From assembly GCA_044376115.1 (NCBI GenBank), contig JBILLK010000002.1, forward strand, positions 224,001-288,000: a DNA stretch of 64,000 bases, read 5' to 3'. Source of the DNA: Polyangiaceae bacterium. Lineage in GTDB: Bacteria > Myxococcota_A > Polyangia > Polyangiales > Polyangiaceae. Both the position numbers and the translations under genes were made by a program. Shown here one piece after another: positions 49,074 to 56,861 of this stretch. A model generated the notes under the pieces. It was not told the DNA's origin and made no database searches. It saw nothing but the letters and a program-made list of their open reading frames with translations. Numbering within the stretch: position 1 is the first letter of the stretch; every line of letters starts with the position of its first letter.

Positions 49074-49649
49074 TCAGTCGGTTGGGCGCAACACGACCAC
49101 CGAGTAGGCCACGGCCGGGCGTTCCGAAAGGTTGGCGTAGGAGTGCTTTTGGTCCCCCCGAAACACGACCACATCCCCCTGGGAGAGCTCGAACCGTTCG
49201 CTCGACGCAATCAGTTCCACGCTGCCCTGCTCGCAGGTGAAGTACTCCCGAGTGCCGGCCATGTGGGGGGTTCCGGTGAGCCTGCCCCGCGGCGCAAACT
49301 CCATCCGCTCGAGCACCATGTTGGGGACCTTGTGCGGAAGCAGCGAGCGCACCACAACCCCAGCCCGCACCCGCTCGGTGAGCTCGCTCCTCTTGAAGTG
49401 ACGAGCAGCGGCAGCTGGGGCGTTGGTGAGCTCCTCGATCGAAACCTGCAGGGTGGTTGCGACGCGAAACAGCACACTGAGCGTTGGATTGGCTGACCCG
49501 GTCTCCAGGTTGGCCCACGTGGCTCTGGGTAAGCCGGCAAGTTTAGCGAGTTGGCCTTGCGTGAGCCCGCGCGCTTCACGCAAGGCGCGTACGTTGCTCG
49601 CGAGACGTTGTGCAAGATCCCTCTCCCCGGGGTTGGAACGTTGGGGCAT
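49074..49649 (-). CDS. XRE-family HTH and cupin transcriptional regulator
   Basis: LREARGLTQGQLAKLAG...NLETGSANPTL; cupin motif PH...E...GD...HSYAN. Confidence 0.92.
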   Translation of the reverse strand: MPQRSNPGERDLAQRLASNVRALREARGLTQGQLAKLAGLPRATWANLETGSANPTLSVLFRVATTLQVSIEELTNAPAAAARHFKRSELTERVRAGVVVRSLLPHKVPNMVLERMEFAPRGRLTGTPHMAGTREYFTCEQGSVELIASSERFELSQGDVVVFRGDQKHSYANLSERPAVAYSVVVLRPTD

Positions 49650-49651
49650 CG

Positions 49652-50506
49652 TCAGCTCTCAAGGAACGGAGCAACCCACTCGTTACTGCGGGCCTCGAGC
49701 TCGGCCATCAAGCGGTCATCGAGGGCACGAGCCGATGGGACTTTGGGCTTTTGTTCATCGTAATACAGGCCTGTCGCGGTGCTCAGCTCGGGCGCTGTTG
49801 CGCAGTACACCTGCGTCTTTGCTCCTTGCTCGTTGCTGATCAGAAAAGGTCGCAGCAAGACAGCGAACCGCCCCAGCCTTCGACTCCAAATGTCGCTCGC
49901 GACCCCGCCCGGGTGCAGTGAGTAGGTCGTCACCTTGGTGCCCGTGAGCCGGCGGGCGAGCATGCGAGCGTGAAGCACGTTGGCGAGCTTGCTGACGCAA
50001 TACTCGGGGAAGGCGCTGAGCGTGGCGGAGCGCTTGCGGACCGCGTCGAAGTCGATGCCGCGAGCGCGGTAGTGGCCGCGGCTTGCAACGACCACGACCC
50101 GCCCTTGGGGCGCTCGCTTGACCAGCGGCAACAGTTTCTCGGTCCACAGGTAGTGCCCAAGATGATTGGTGCCAAACGCGAGCTCGAATCCATCCGCGGT
50201 CTCGCCTTGGACTCCCGCGAGCCCAGCGTTGTTGATGAGGGCGTCAATGGGATGGTCTTGCTCGAGCAGCTCGTCAGCGGCCTTTCGAACGCTCGCGAGG
50301 TTCCCCAAATCGAGAGCCACAAAGCGCACGTCGCCCTCTGGGTGGAGCGACTTCAGCTCGTCGAGCACCGGCTGCGTACGCTCGAGGCTCCGGGCTGCCA
50401 GCACGATGGCCTTTGGTTTACGGAGCGCAAGCGCGAGCGCATTTGCGCGGCCAATCCCGGTGTTCGCCCCGGTGATAACGAAGCTCTTGCTAGCGAGGTC
50501 CGACAT
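49652..50506 (-). CDS. SDR oxidoreductase (retinol-dehydrogenase-like)
   Basis: TGANTGIG, NNAG, FGTNHLGH, YCVSK and HPG. Confidence 0.93.
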   Translation of the reverse strand: MSDLASKSFVITGANTGIGRANALALALRKPKAIVLAARSLERTQPVLDELKSLHPEGDVRFVALDLGNLASVRKAADELLEQDHPIDALINNAGLAGVQGETADGFELAFGTNHLGHYLWTEKLLPLVKRAPQGRVVVVASRGHYRARGIDFDAVRKRSATLSAFPEYCVSKLANVLHARMLARRLTGTKVTTYSLHPGGVASDIWSRRLGRFAVLLRPFLISNEQGAKTQVYCATAPELSTATGLYYDEQKPKVPSARALDDRLMAELEARSNEWVAPFLES

Positions 50507-50600
50507 GGTTACGCGTCAGTAGCACGCTTCTAACGATGGAGAGCTGGGCGACTGGCAATCGGATAAAGTACAAGGCCGTCTGCTCTAGGAGGAAACTGCG

Positions 50601-51071
50601 ATGCCCCCCGTTGCGCGCCCTACGTGGCGCCACGCAACCAGCCTTGATGACGAAGCGCTCGTGGCTTTGTCCGCTCAACTTTATATCGAGGACCCAAGCT
50701 CCGAAGCGGTCCCGATCGAGAACATGCGACGCACGCTTGAGACGTTCCGCGCTCAGCCTGTGCGCGGACGGGCGCTCGCGCTGGTACGCGAGTCGGGCGC
50801 TGTCGTCGGCTATGCGCTGCTGGTCTCCTTTTGGTCGAATGAGCTCGGTGGTGAGCTGGTGGAAGTGGACGAGCTTTATGTAGCCCAAGAGGCGCGCAAT
50901 CTCGGGCTCGCCAGCGAGCTGCTCACGGAGCTACATGACGGAACGCGCCTGTGGGCGCCGAGGCCGGTAGCGCTCCTTCTGCAAGTTACTAAGACCAATG
51001 AACGGGCCAAAGCGCTGTACTCCCGACTCGGTTTTCGCGATCGAAAGAACGCCACCATGGTCTGGCGATGA
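50601..51071 (+). CDS. GNAT family N-acetyltransferase
   Basis: VDELYV...RNLGLA and NERAKALYSRLGF. Confidence 0.9.
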   Translation: MPPVARPTWRHATSLDDEALVALSAQLYIEDPSSEAVPIENMRRTLETFRAQPVRGRALALVRESGAVVGYALLVSFWSNELGGELVEVDELYVAQEARNLGLASELLTELHDGTRLWAPRPVALLLQVTKTNERAKALYSRLGFRDRKNATMVWR

Positions 51072-52042
51072 GCGGCACTCAACCGGCGCACGAGGCCTCG
51101 TCGGAGGACCGCTCGATCACCACCATACGGCGTGGCTTCGCGCTGGTGGGCGTAGCGCTCGACGGCCGCCCTCCCAGCGACGACTGGGACGACGAATACG
51201 CGCGAGAGTTGCCTCCGCTAGCGGCGTTGGCCGGTTCCCTGTCACTTCCGTATGGCTGCTACGAGTTGGTGGACTTTCTGACCTCGAGCGCGGCGACGGT
51301 TCAGGAAGGCTTCGAGCGCTTGGCAAAGTATCTGCCGATCGTCACCAACGAGACGACCTTCGGCTGGACGGTCGCCTCAGACATGGTGGAGGTCCGCTTG
51401 GTCAACGCGAGCGGCGCCCTCTCTTGGTTCAGCGAAGAGTGGACGCTGGGCGCGACCATTCGCGGCTTCCGAGGCACGTTGGGGGCAACCTTCACGCCGC
51501 TCAGGCTCGATCTGCAACGGCCGAACGCAGCCGGCGCCGAGCCGATGCTCGAGCGCATCACCGCGCTCGGCGCCTTTCCCATCCAATTCGGGCAACCGCG
51601 CGGTGGGATGGTCCTACCGCTCAGCCTGTGGCAGATGCGCCAACCGAGCGCCAACAGTCGTTTGCATGACGCGCTCGAGGCGCACGCAGCTGAGCTTTTG
51701 TCCGAGAAGCTCGGGGGCAATTCCATGGCGGCTCGCGTTCGTCGCGAACTCGTGAGTGAACTTCGCGGAGGTGAGCCAACCGTGCAGAAAATCGCGAAGA
51801 AGCTAGCGACGACCGCGCGCACGTTGCAGCGGCGGCTCGCTCAAGAATCTACCGCTTTTCAGACCGAGCTCGACCAGGTTCGCGCCCAACTCGCAAAGCG
51901 GTATCTAACCGAGGAGGGCTTGAGTGTGACCGAGGTCGCGTTCCTCTTGGGCTTCTCCGAGGCGAGCGCGTTTGCCCGAGCCCATCGCCGCTGGTACGGG
52001 CGAGCGCCACGGGAGCGCTCGCCGCTTGCTCGCAGCGAATGA
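51068..52042 (+). CDS. AraC-family transcriptional regulator
   Basis: TARTLQRRL...LDQVR...VAFLLGFSEASAFARAHRRWYG. Confidence 0.92.
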   Translation: MSGTQPAHEASSEDRSITTIRRGFALVGVALDGRPPSDDWDDEYARELPPLAALAGSLSLPYGCYELVDFLTSSAATVQEGFERLAKYLPIVTNETTFGWTVASDMVEVRLVNASGALSWFSEEWTLGATIRGFRGTLGATFTPLRLDLQRPNAAGAEPMLERITALGAFPIQFGQPRGGMVLPLSLWQMRQPSANSRLHDALEAHAAELLSEKLGGNSMAARVRRELVSELRGGEPTVQKIAKKLATTARTLQRRLAQESTAFQTELDQVRAQLAKRYLTEEGLSVTEVAFLLGFSEASAFARAHRRWYGRAPRERSPLARSE

Positions 52043-52660
52043 CTACTCGTAAACGGCAGAGGGCTCGATGGCTTCCAACTTCTGCCGCGCGACGTCCCAC
52101 GATAACGCCTCCGCCTCCTCTTTGGTCACGGTGAAGTGGGTCGTGCGCCCGGTGATGCTCAACTCCGTTGTCTTGGCCATGGCCTCGGCATGAGCGCCGG
52201 TCGCGATGAACTTGTAGAGCGCCTCCTCGCTCTCCCAAAGACCCATGGTGCGGGCGACGCCACATGTGTCATCCGAGCCGACGGTCCAAGCGATCAAGCC
52301 CTCGGTGTTGGCGAGCTCCCCAATCACCTTGCCGGCCATTGCAAAGAAGGGATCGTATTGCTCCTCCGTGAAGTAGATCTGGGTAGCGTGCACCACGAAG
52401 GTGTCACTCGTGGGCTCGGTGAGAAAGCCTCCCATCGACAGATCGAAGTTTGGGCCAGACAGCGGCTTGGCTTCACCAAAGGCCGCCTCTTCGCAGTCGT
52501 AAAGAGCCGCGTACTGGCTGCCGCCACCGCCTCCCGCCGCGCCAGCTCCGGTGCCACCTGCACCTCCGGTGCCACCTGAGCTCGTGCTCGAGTCAGAGTC
52601 CGAGCATGCGGCGAGCGAGACCAACAGACCAGCAAACAAGAAGAGCGAACGGTTAATCAT
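52043..52660 (-). CDS. Lipoprotein with an ABM/DUF3291-like dimeric alpha-beta barrel domain
   Basis: Lipobox LAAC, Gly linker and RTMGLWESEEALYKFIATGAHAEAM. Confidence 0.65.
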   Translation of the reverse strand: MINRSLFLFAGLLVSLAACSDSDSSTSSGGTGGAGGTGAGAAGGGGGSQYAALYDCEEAAFGEAKPLSGPNFDLSMGGFLTEPTSDTFVVHATQIYFTEEQYDPFFAMAGKVIGELANTEGLIAWTVGSDDTCGVARTMGLWESEEALYKFIATGAHAEAMAKTTELSITGRTTHFTVTKEEAEALSWDVARQKLEAIEPSAVYE

Positions 52661-52672
52661 CGATAGGTCCTT

Positions 52673-53206
52673 TCAGTGTGAAGCGGTGGTTGCAGACGGA
52701 GCTTGGTAAAGCGCGACCAAGCCGAACAGCAGCCGGTCGAAGGAGAGTTTGAGTCGAGGCGATTCGAAAGCGGTGCGCACGGCGAAGGCGCGCACGCTCA
52801 CCTGAGAGCCGATCGGAGGCGTCTCTTGGCTGGCCGTCGCGACCCAGCGCGGCCCGAGCAGTGGGCTGCCGGGTACGACGAGCAGATAGCTGTAGGAACC
52901 AGCTCGCTTGGTCTCGCGCAGCTCGCCGATGAACGCGAGTTCTTCCGGCGCGGGCGCTTCGGGAACGGCGGCGAATGGAGACAAGGGGCGCGCGCTCGGC
53001 TGCGCTTTGGGGGCGCGGCTCGCGTCTGAGCCCGGAAGCGATCGCGCTCGAACGTTGGCCGCCGCGGCTGCCGAGGTAGCCATGAGCAGGAGCGCGATAC
53101 CGGCGAAGGACAGCCACCTTCGAGGGCGGGACGAGATGGGCTTGCTGTTGTTCACAGCGTTGAAGCTAGTGAACGCCGCCTTTCTTCGCGCGACCTGGCG
53201 CGCCAA
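52673..53206 (-). CDS. Exported OB-fold protein, NrfJ-like
   Basis: Signal-like helix; GELRETKRAGSYSYL...WVA...FESPRLKLSFDRLLF. Start may be GTG 53155. Confidence 0.5.
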   Translation of the reverse strand: MARQVARRKAAFTSFNAVNNSKPISSRPRRWLSFAGIALLLMATSAAAAANVRARSLPGSDASRAPKAQPSARPLSPFAAVPEAPAPEELAFIGELRETKRAGSYSYLLVVPGSPLLGPRWVATASQETPPIGSQVSVRAFAVRTAFESPRLKLSFDRLLFGLVALYQAPSATTASH

Positions 53207-53238
53207 AGCAAAGACCGATTACGCCACTCCGCACGCCA

Positions 53239-54618
53239 CTAGTCGAGCGCGGCGTCTCGCTTGATGCCGTGGCGCTGCAGAAGACGATGCAGGTACATCC
53301 TGTCGAGCCCGGCCTTGCGCGCCGCGCGGCTGACGTTCCCGCCGGACCACTCGAACAAGGCGCGCAAGTAGCGAAGCTCAAACTCCGTCACGATGCGATC
53401 TTTCCCGGCGCGAAAGGTCTCCTCGACCACCTGGTTCGAGGCGGTGCTCGCCCCGGGTTCTTCTTCGCGACGAGCTGCAGGTTCCGGCGGTGCGTCCAGC
53501 TCGTCGGTGATGACCCGACGCTCGACGAAGTTACGCAACTCGCGAACATTGCCGAGCCAGGGCTGCTCGGCCATGGCGCGATAGACCTCCTCGGTGAACA
53601 GCGACAGCTTTTCGGTGAGCCCCAGATCGTCGAGGATCGCCCCGACCAAAAGCGGGAGGTCCTCGGTACGCTCGCGCAGCGGCGGGATATCCATGCGCAG
53701 CGCACCGAGCCTGAAATAAAGGTCTTCGCGGAACTGCCCGTGGTTGATGGCGTCTTCGATGCGGCGGTTGGTGGTGGCGATCACGCGCGCATCAAAGCGA
53801 ACGACGCTGTTGCTCCCGACCCTGCGCACTTCACGCTCGGAGAGAGCTCGCAGCAGCATCGGTTGGATGTCGACGGGTAGGTCTGCGACCTCATCGAGCA
53901 AGACGGTGCCTCCTCGCGCCGCTTCGAACGCGCCAAGCGTGACCTCTTTGATGCCGGGGTAGGACCCAGGCATCGCGCCGAACAGCTCTAGTTCGACCCG
54001 TGTCCGCGAGAGCCCGGCGCAGTCGATGATGATGAACGGCTTGTCCGCTCGACTGCTTCTTCTGACGATCTCGGCGGCGACGAGTTCCTTGCCCGTGCCA
54101 CTTTCGCCCTCGATCAACACGTCGCCATCGGCTTTGGCGATCTTGGTGATCTTGCTGAAGACGCGCCGCATGATCGGGCTCTGCCCATAGAGCGCACCAA
54201 GCGCGAACGTGGTCTTCTGTTGTTGCGCGACGTTTTCCTTCGCCGGCAGGAGTCGGATCCGCAGCTGCGACTCGCCGAGTACCAAGGTGCACTCGGGTCG
54301 AGCGAGATCGGCGTCTCGAACACGCACGCCGTCGAGCATCGTCCCGTTCAGCGAACCCGTATCCACGATCTGCCAGCCCCGGGTGCTGGTGCGGATCTTA
54401 CAGTGCACCCGGGAGACCGTTGGGTCGGCTAGCACCAACTCGTTGCCGGCATTGGAGCCAATCCGCAGCACGTCTCCGCTGAGCACGACGCTCCGTTGAG
54501 CAGCTGCACCGGCCTCACGTTCGATCACGAACTCGATGCTCGGCGAAATGGTGTCTTGGGCCTGACTTGAGGGGCGGGTCGCGCGCTCGGCACGGGGGTC
54601 AGGACGAGTCCGGCTCAT
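53239..54618 (-). CDS. FHA-domain sigma54-type enhancer-binding protein
   Basis: FHA (IGS, VSRVH, SLNGT), GESGTGKE, LLDE, GNVREL and HTH; GAFTGA is replaced by GSYPGI. Confidence 0.9.
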   Translation of the reverse strand: MSRTRPDPRAERATRPSSQAQDTISPSIEFVIEREAGAAAQRSVVLSGDVLRIGSNAGNELVLADPTVSRVHCKIRTSTRGWQIVDTGSLNGTMLDGVRVRDADLARPECTLVLGESQLRIRLLPAKENVAQQQKTTFALGALYGQSPIMRRVFSKITKIAKADGDVLIEGESGTGKELVAAEIVRRSSRADKPFIIIDCAGLSRTRVELELFGAMPGSYPGIKEVTLGAFEAARGGTVLLDEVADLPVDIQPMLLRALSEREVRRVGSNSVVRFDARVIATTNRRIEDAINHGQFREDLYFRLGALRMDIPPLRERTEDLPLLVGAILDDLGLTEKLSLFTEEVYRAMAEQPWLGNVRELRNFVERRVITDELDAPPEPAARREEEPGASTASNQVVEETFRAGKDRIVTEFELRYLRALFEWSGGNVSRAARKAGLDRMYLHRLLQRHGIKRDAALD

Positions 54619-54701
54619 GCGGCGTAACTATCACGAATCCCAACGCTCTGACGTGTGGCATGCACGGGCGTAGCCGGCCCAAGCCGCAACGTCGCAGAGC
54701 G

Positions 54702-55865
54702 CTACAGCGGTTTGCGGTGAGCCCGGATTTTTCGCGTGGCGCCAAGCAGGGCTAGTTGACCGCAGGCCGCGGCGACCTCGTCCCCGCGGGTGCGTCGCAC
54801 GAAACAAGACATCCCGGCCCCAGCGACGATCTCCTGGAACTGAAGGACCCGCTCGAAGCTCGGGGGCCCTAGGCTGGAGGCCTCGATTCCGTTCATCGGG
54901 ATCAGGTTCACTTTCGTCTTCAGCCCGCGCAGCAGCTTCACCAAGCGACGGGCGTCTTCATGCGAGTCGTTTTCGCCAGAGATCAGCGTGTATTCGATGG
55001 TGATGCGACGGCGCGGAGGCAACGGGTAGCGGGCCAGCGCCTTCATCAACTCGGCCAGCGGATAGCGCTTGTTGATGGGCATCAGCGCGCTGCGCCGTTC
55101 ATCCGTTACTGCGTGGAGACTGATGGCCAAGCCGATTTGACCGCCAAAGTCCTCTCCCAGCTTCTGGATCTCAGGGATCAGCCCCGAGGTTGAAACGGTG
55201 ATGCGTCGCTTGGAGAGGTTGATTCCGTCGGGGTGGGTCAACAGCTCCAGGCTCCGTTTGGTCGCCGGGTAGTTGTGGAGCGGCTCCCCCATTCCCATGT
55301 ACACGACCCCGCGCAGTCGTTCGTTCGGCTCGAACTCGCGTTTGGCCAACAGGATCTGCCCGATGATCTCCTCGGGTCCCAAATTTCGAGTGAGACCGGC
55401 AACGCCGCTCGCACAAAAGACACAGCCCATCGCGCAGCCGACCTGCGTCGAAATGCACTGCGTTACCCGGGTGATCGGCCCGTTCGTGGGCTCCCGCGCG
55501 AGATCATCGTCGTCTTCGTCGTCCTCCGACTCCAGGTCGGCTGCGGAGCCCGGACCCGAAACGCGCGGCAGCAACACCGTCTCCACCGGCGCATTGTCCT
55601 TCATGCGAATGAGCAGCTTGCGCGTGTCGTCGGCCGAGCGGTGCACGCGCTCGACCACACCGATCGGCGCGCCTTGCAGCGACTCATGCGACTTCAGCTT
55701 GGTGGGGAGGCTCGTCATCTCCTCCGCGTTGGTGACAGCTTTCTGGTGGATCCAGCTGAAGATCTCCTTTGCTCGGAAGGGCCGCTCGCCGGCCTCCGCG
55801 ACAATCCGGGTCCACTCTTCGGGGAGTCGCGCGACAGGGTGAAGCGTGGCCGGTTCGTTCGCCAT
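54702..55865 (-). CDS. rlmN: Dual-specificity RNA methyltransferase
   Basis: STQVGCAMGCVFCASG, MGMGEP, ISLHA and AACGQL. Confidence 0.96.
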   Translation of the reverse strand: MANEPATLHPVARLPEEWTRIVAEAGERPFRAKEIFSWIHQKAVTNAEEMTSLPTKLKSHESLQGAPIGVVERVHRSADDTRKLLIRMKDNAPVETVLLPRVSGPGSAADLESEDDEDDDDLAREPTNGPITRVTQCISTQVGCAMGCVFCASGVAGLTRNLGPEEIIGQILLAKREFEPNERLRGVVYMGMGEPLHNYPATKRSLELLTHPDGINLSKRRITVSTSGLIPEIQKLGEDFGGQIGLAISLHAVTDERRSALMPINKRYPLAELMKALARYPLPPRRRITIEYTLISGENDSHEDARRLVKLLRGLKTKVNLIPMNGIEASSLGPPSFERVLQFQEIVAGAGMSCFVRRTRGDEVAAACGQLALLGATRKIRAHRKPL

Positions 55866-55920
55866 ACGCCCCTCTAGCACGGGACTTCCAGTGCGGCGCG
55901 TCCGAGTCTAAGGAGTCGCC

Positions 55921-56763
55921 ATGACCCGACCCTTCGCTCCTTGCATTGCCCCCCCGCTCGCCGAACAAGATGGTCGCAGCTTCGTGCGCCTCGTCGAGCT
56001 GATGCAGCGCCTGCTCGCGGAAGACGGCTGCCCTTGGGACCGCGAACAAGATTTTTTGAGCTTGCGACGCTACGTGGTGGAAGAGGCCTGCGAAGTGGTG
56101 GACGCAATCGACCGTGGCGACCGCAAGGAGATCTGCGCCGAGCTTGGAGATCTGGCGCTGCAGGTCATTTTTCAAGCCGAGCTCGGGCGCAAGGAGGGGA
56201 GCTTCGGTCCGGACGATGTGGTGGCTGCGATCTGCGAGAAGCTGGTGCGTAGGCATCCCCACGTATTCGCCGACGTGAAGGTGGACGGTGCCTCCGAGGT
56301 GCTCACCAACTGGGAGCTGATCAAGGCGCAGGAGAAGGGGAGTGACGGGAAGACCAAGGGCATTCTCGACGGCGTGCCGCGCGGGCTTCCGGCGCTGATG
56401 CGCGCGCAACGGATGGGCGAAAAAGTGGCGCGCGTAGGCTTCGATTGGGAGGACCCTTCGGGCTCGCGGGCGAAGGTGACCGAGGAGCTAGCCGAGCTGG
56501 ATGAGGCGATCGCCTCGGGCGACAAGGCCAAGATCGAGGACGAGTTTGGGGATGTGCTGTTTGCGCTCTCGAACCTGGCGCGGCACGTGGGGGTCGACGG
56601 GGAGGCGGCCTTGCGTTCCACGATGGACAAGTTCGCGACACGCTTCCGTCACGTTGAAAAGCGTGTTCACGAGGTCCACGGTGGCTTCCCGACCCCCGAA
56701 ACGAAGGGAAAGCTCTCGCTCGAGGAGCTTGATCGCTATTGGGAAGAGGCCAAGTCGAAATGA
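55921..56763 (+). CDS. mazG: Nucleoside triphosphate pyrophosphohydrolase
   Basis: GCPWDREQ, EEACE, ELGD, RRHPHVF, GFDW and EFGD. Confidence 0.96.
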   Translation: MTRPFAPCIAPPLAEQDGRSFVRLVELMQRLLAEDGCPWDREQDFLSLRRYVVEEACEVVDAIDRGDRKEICAELGDLALQVIFQAELGRKEGSFGPDDVVAAICEKLVRRHPHVFADVKVDGASEVLTNWELIKAQEKGSDGKTKGILDGVPRGLPALMRAQRMGEKVARVGFDWEDPSGSRAKVTEELAELDEAIASGDKAKIEDEFGDVLFALSNLARHVGVDGEAALRSTMDKFATRFRHVEKRVHEVHGGFPTPETKGKLSLEELDRYWEEAKSK

Positions 56764-56861
56764 CCTTTCTCCCCGGCTTGAGACTGGGCTAGGAGGGTCA
56801 TGCGTTCGGGGCGTAGCCGCGCAGGTTGACGGCTCTTCGACCTCGCGCGCCGAGAGAGCCC

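Noticed and set aside
53220..53240. Short direct repeat acgccact x2
   Set aside because: Only two 8-bp copies, one overlapping a stop codon, with no convincing promoter motif nearby.
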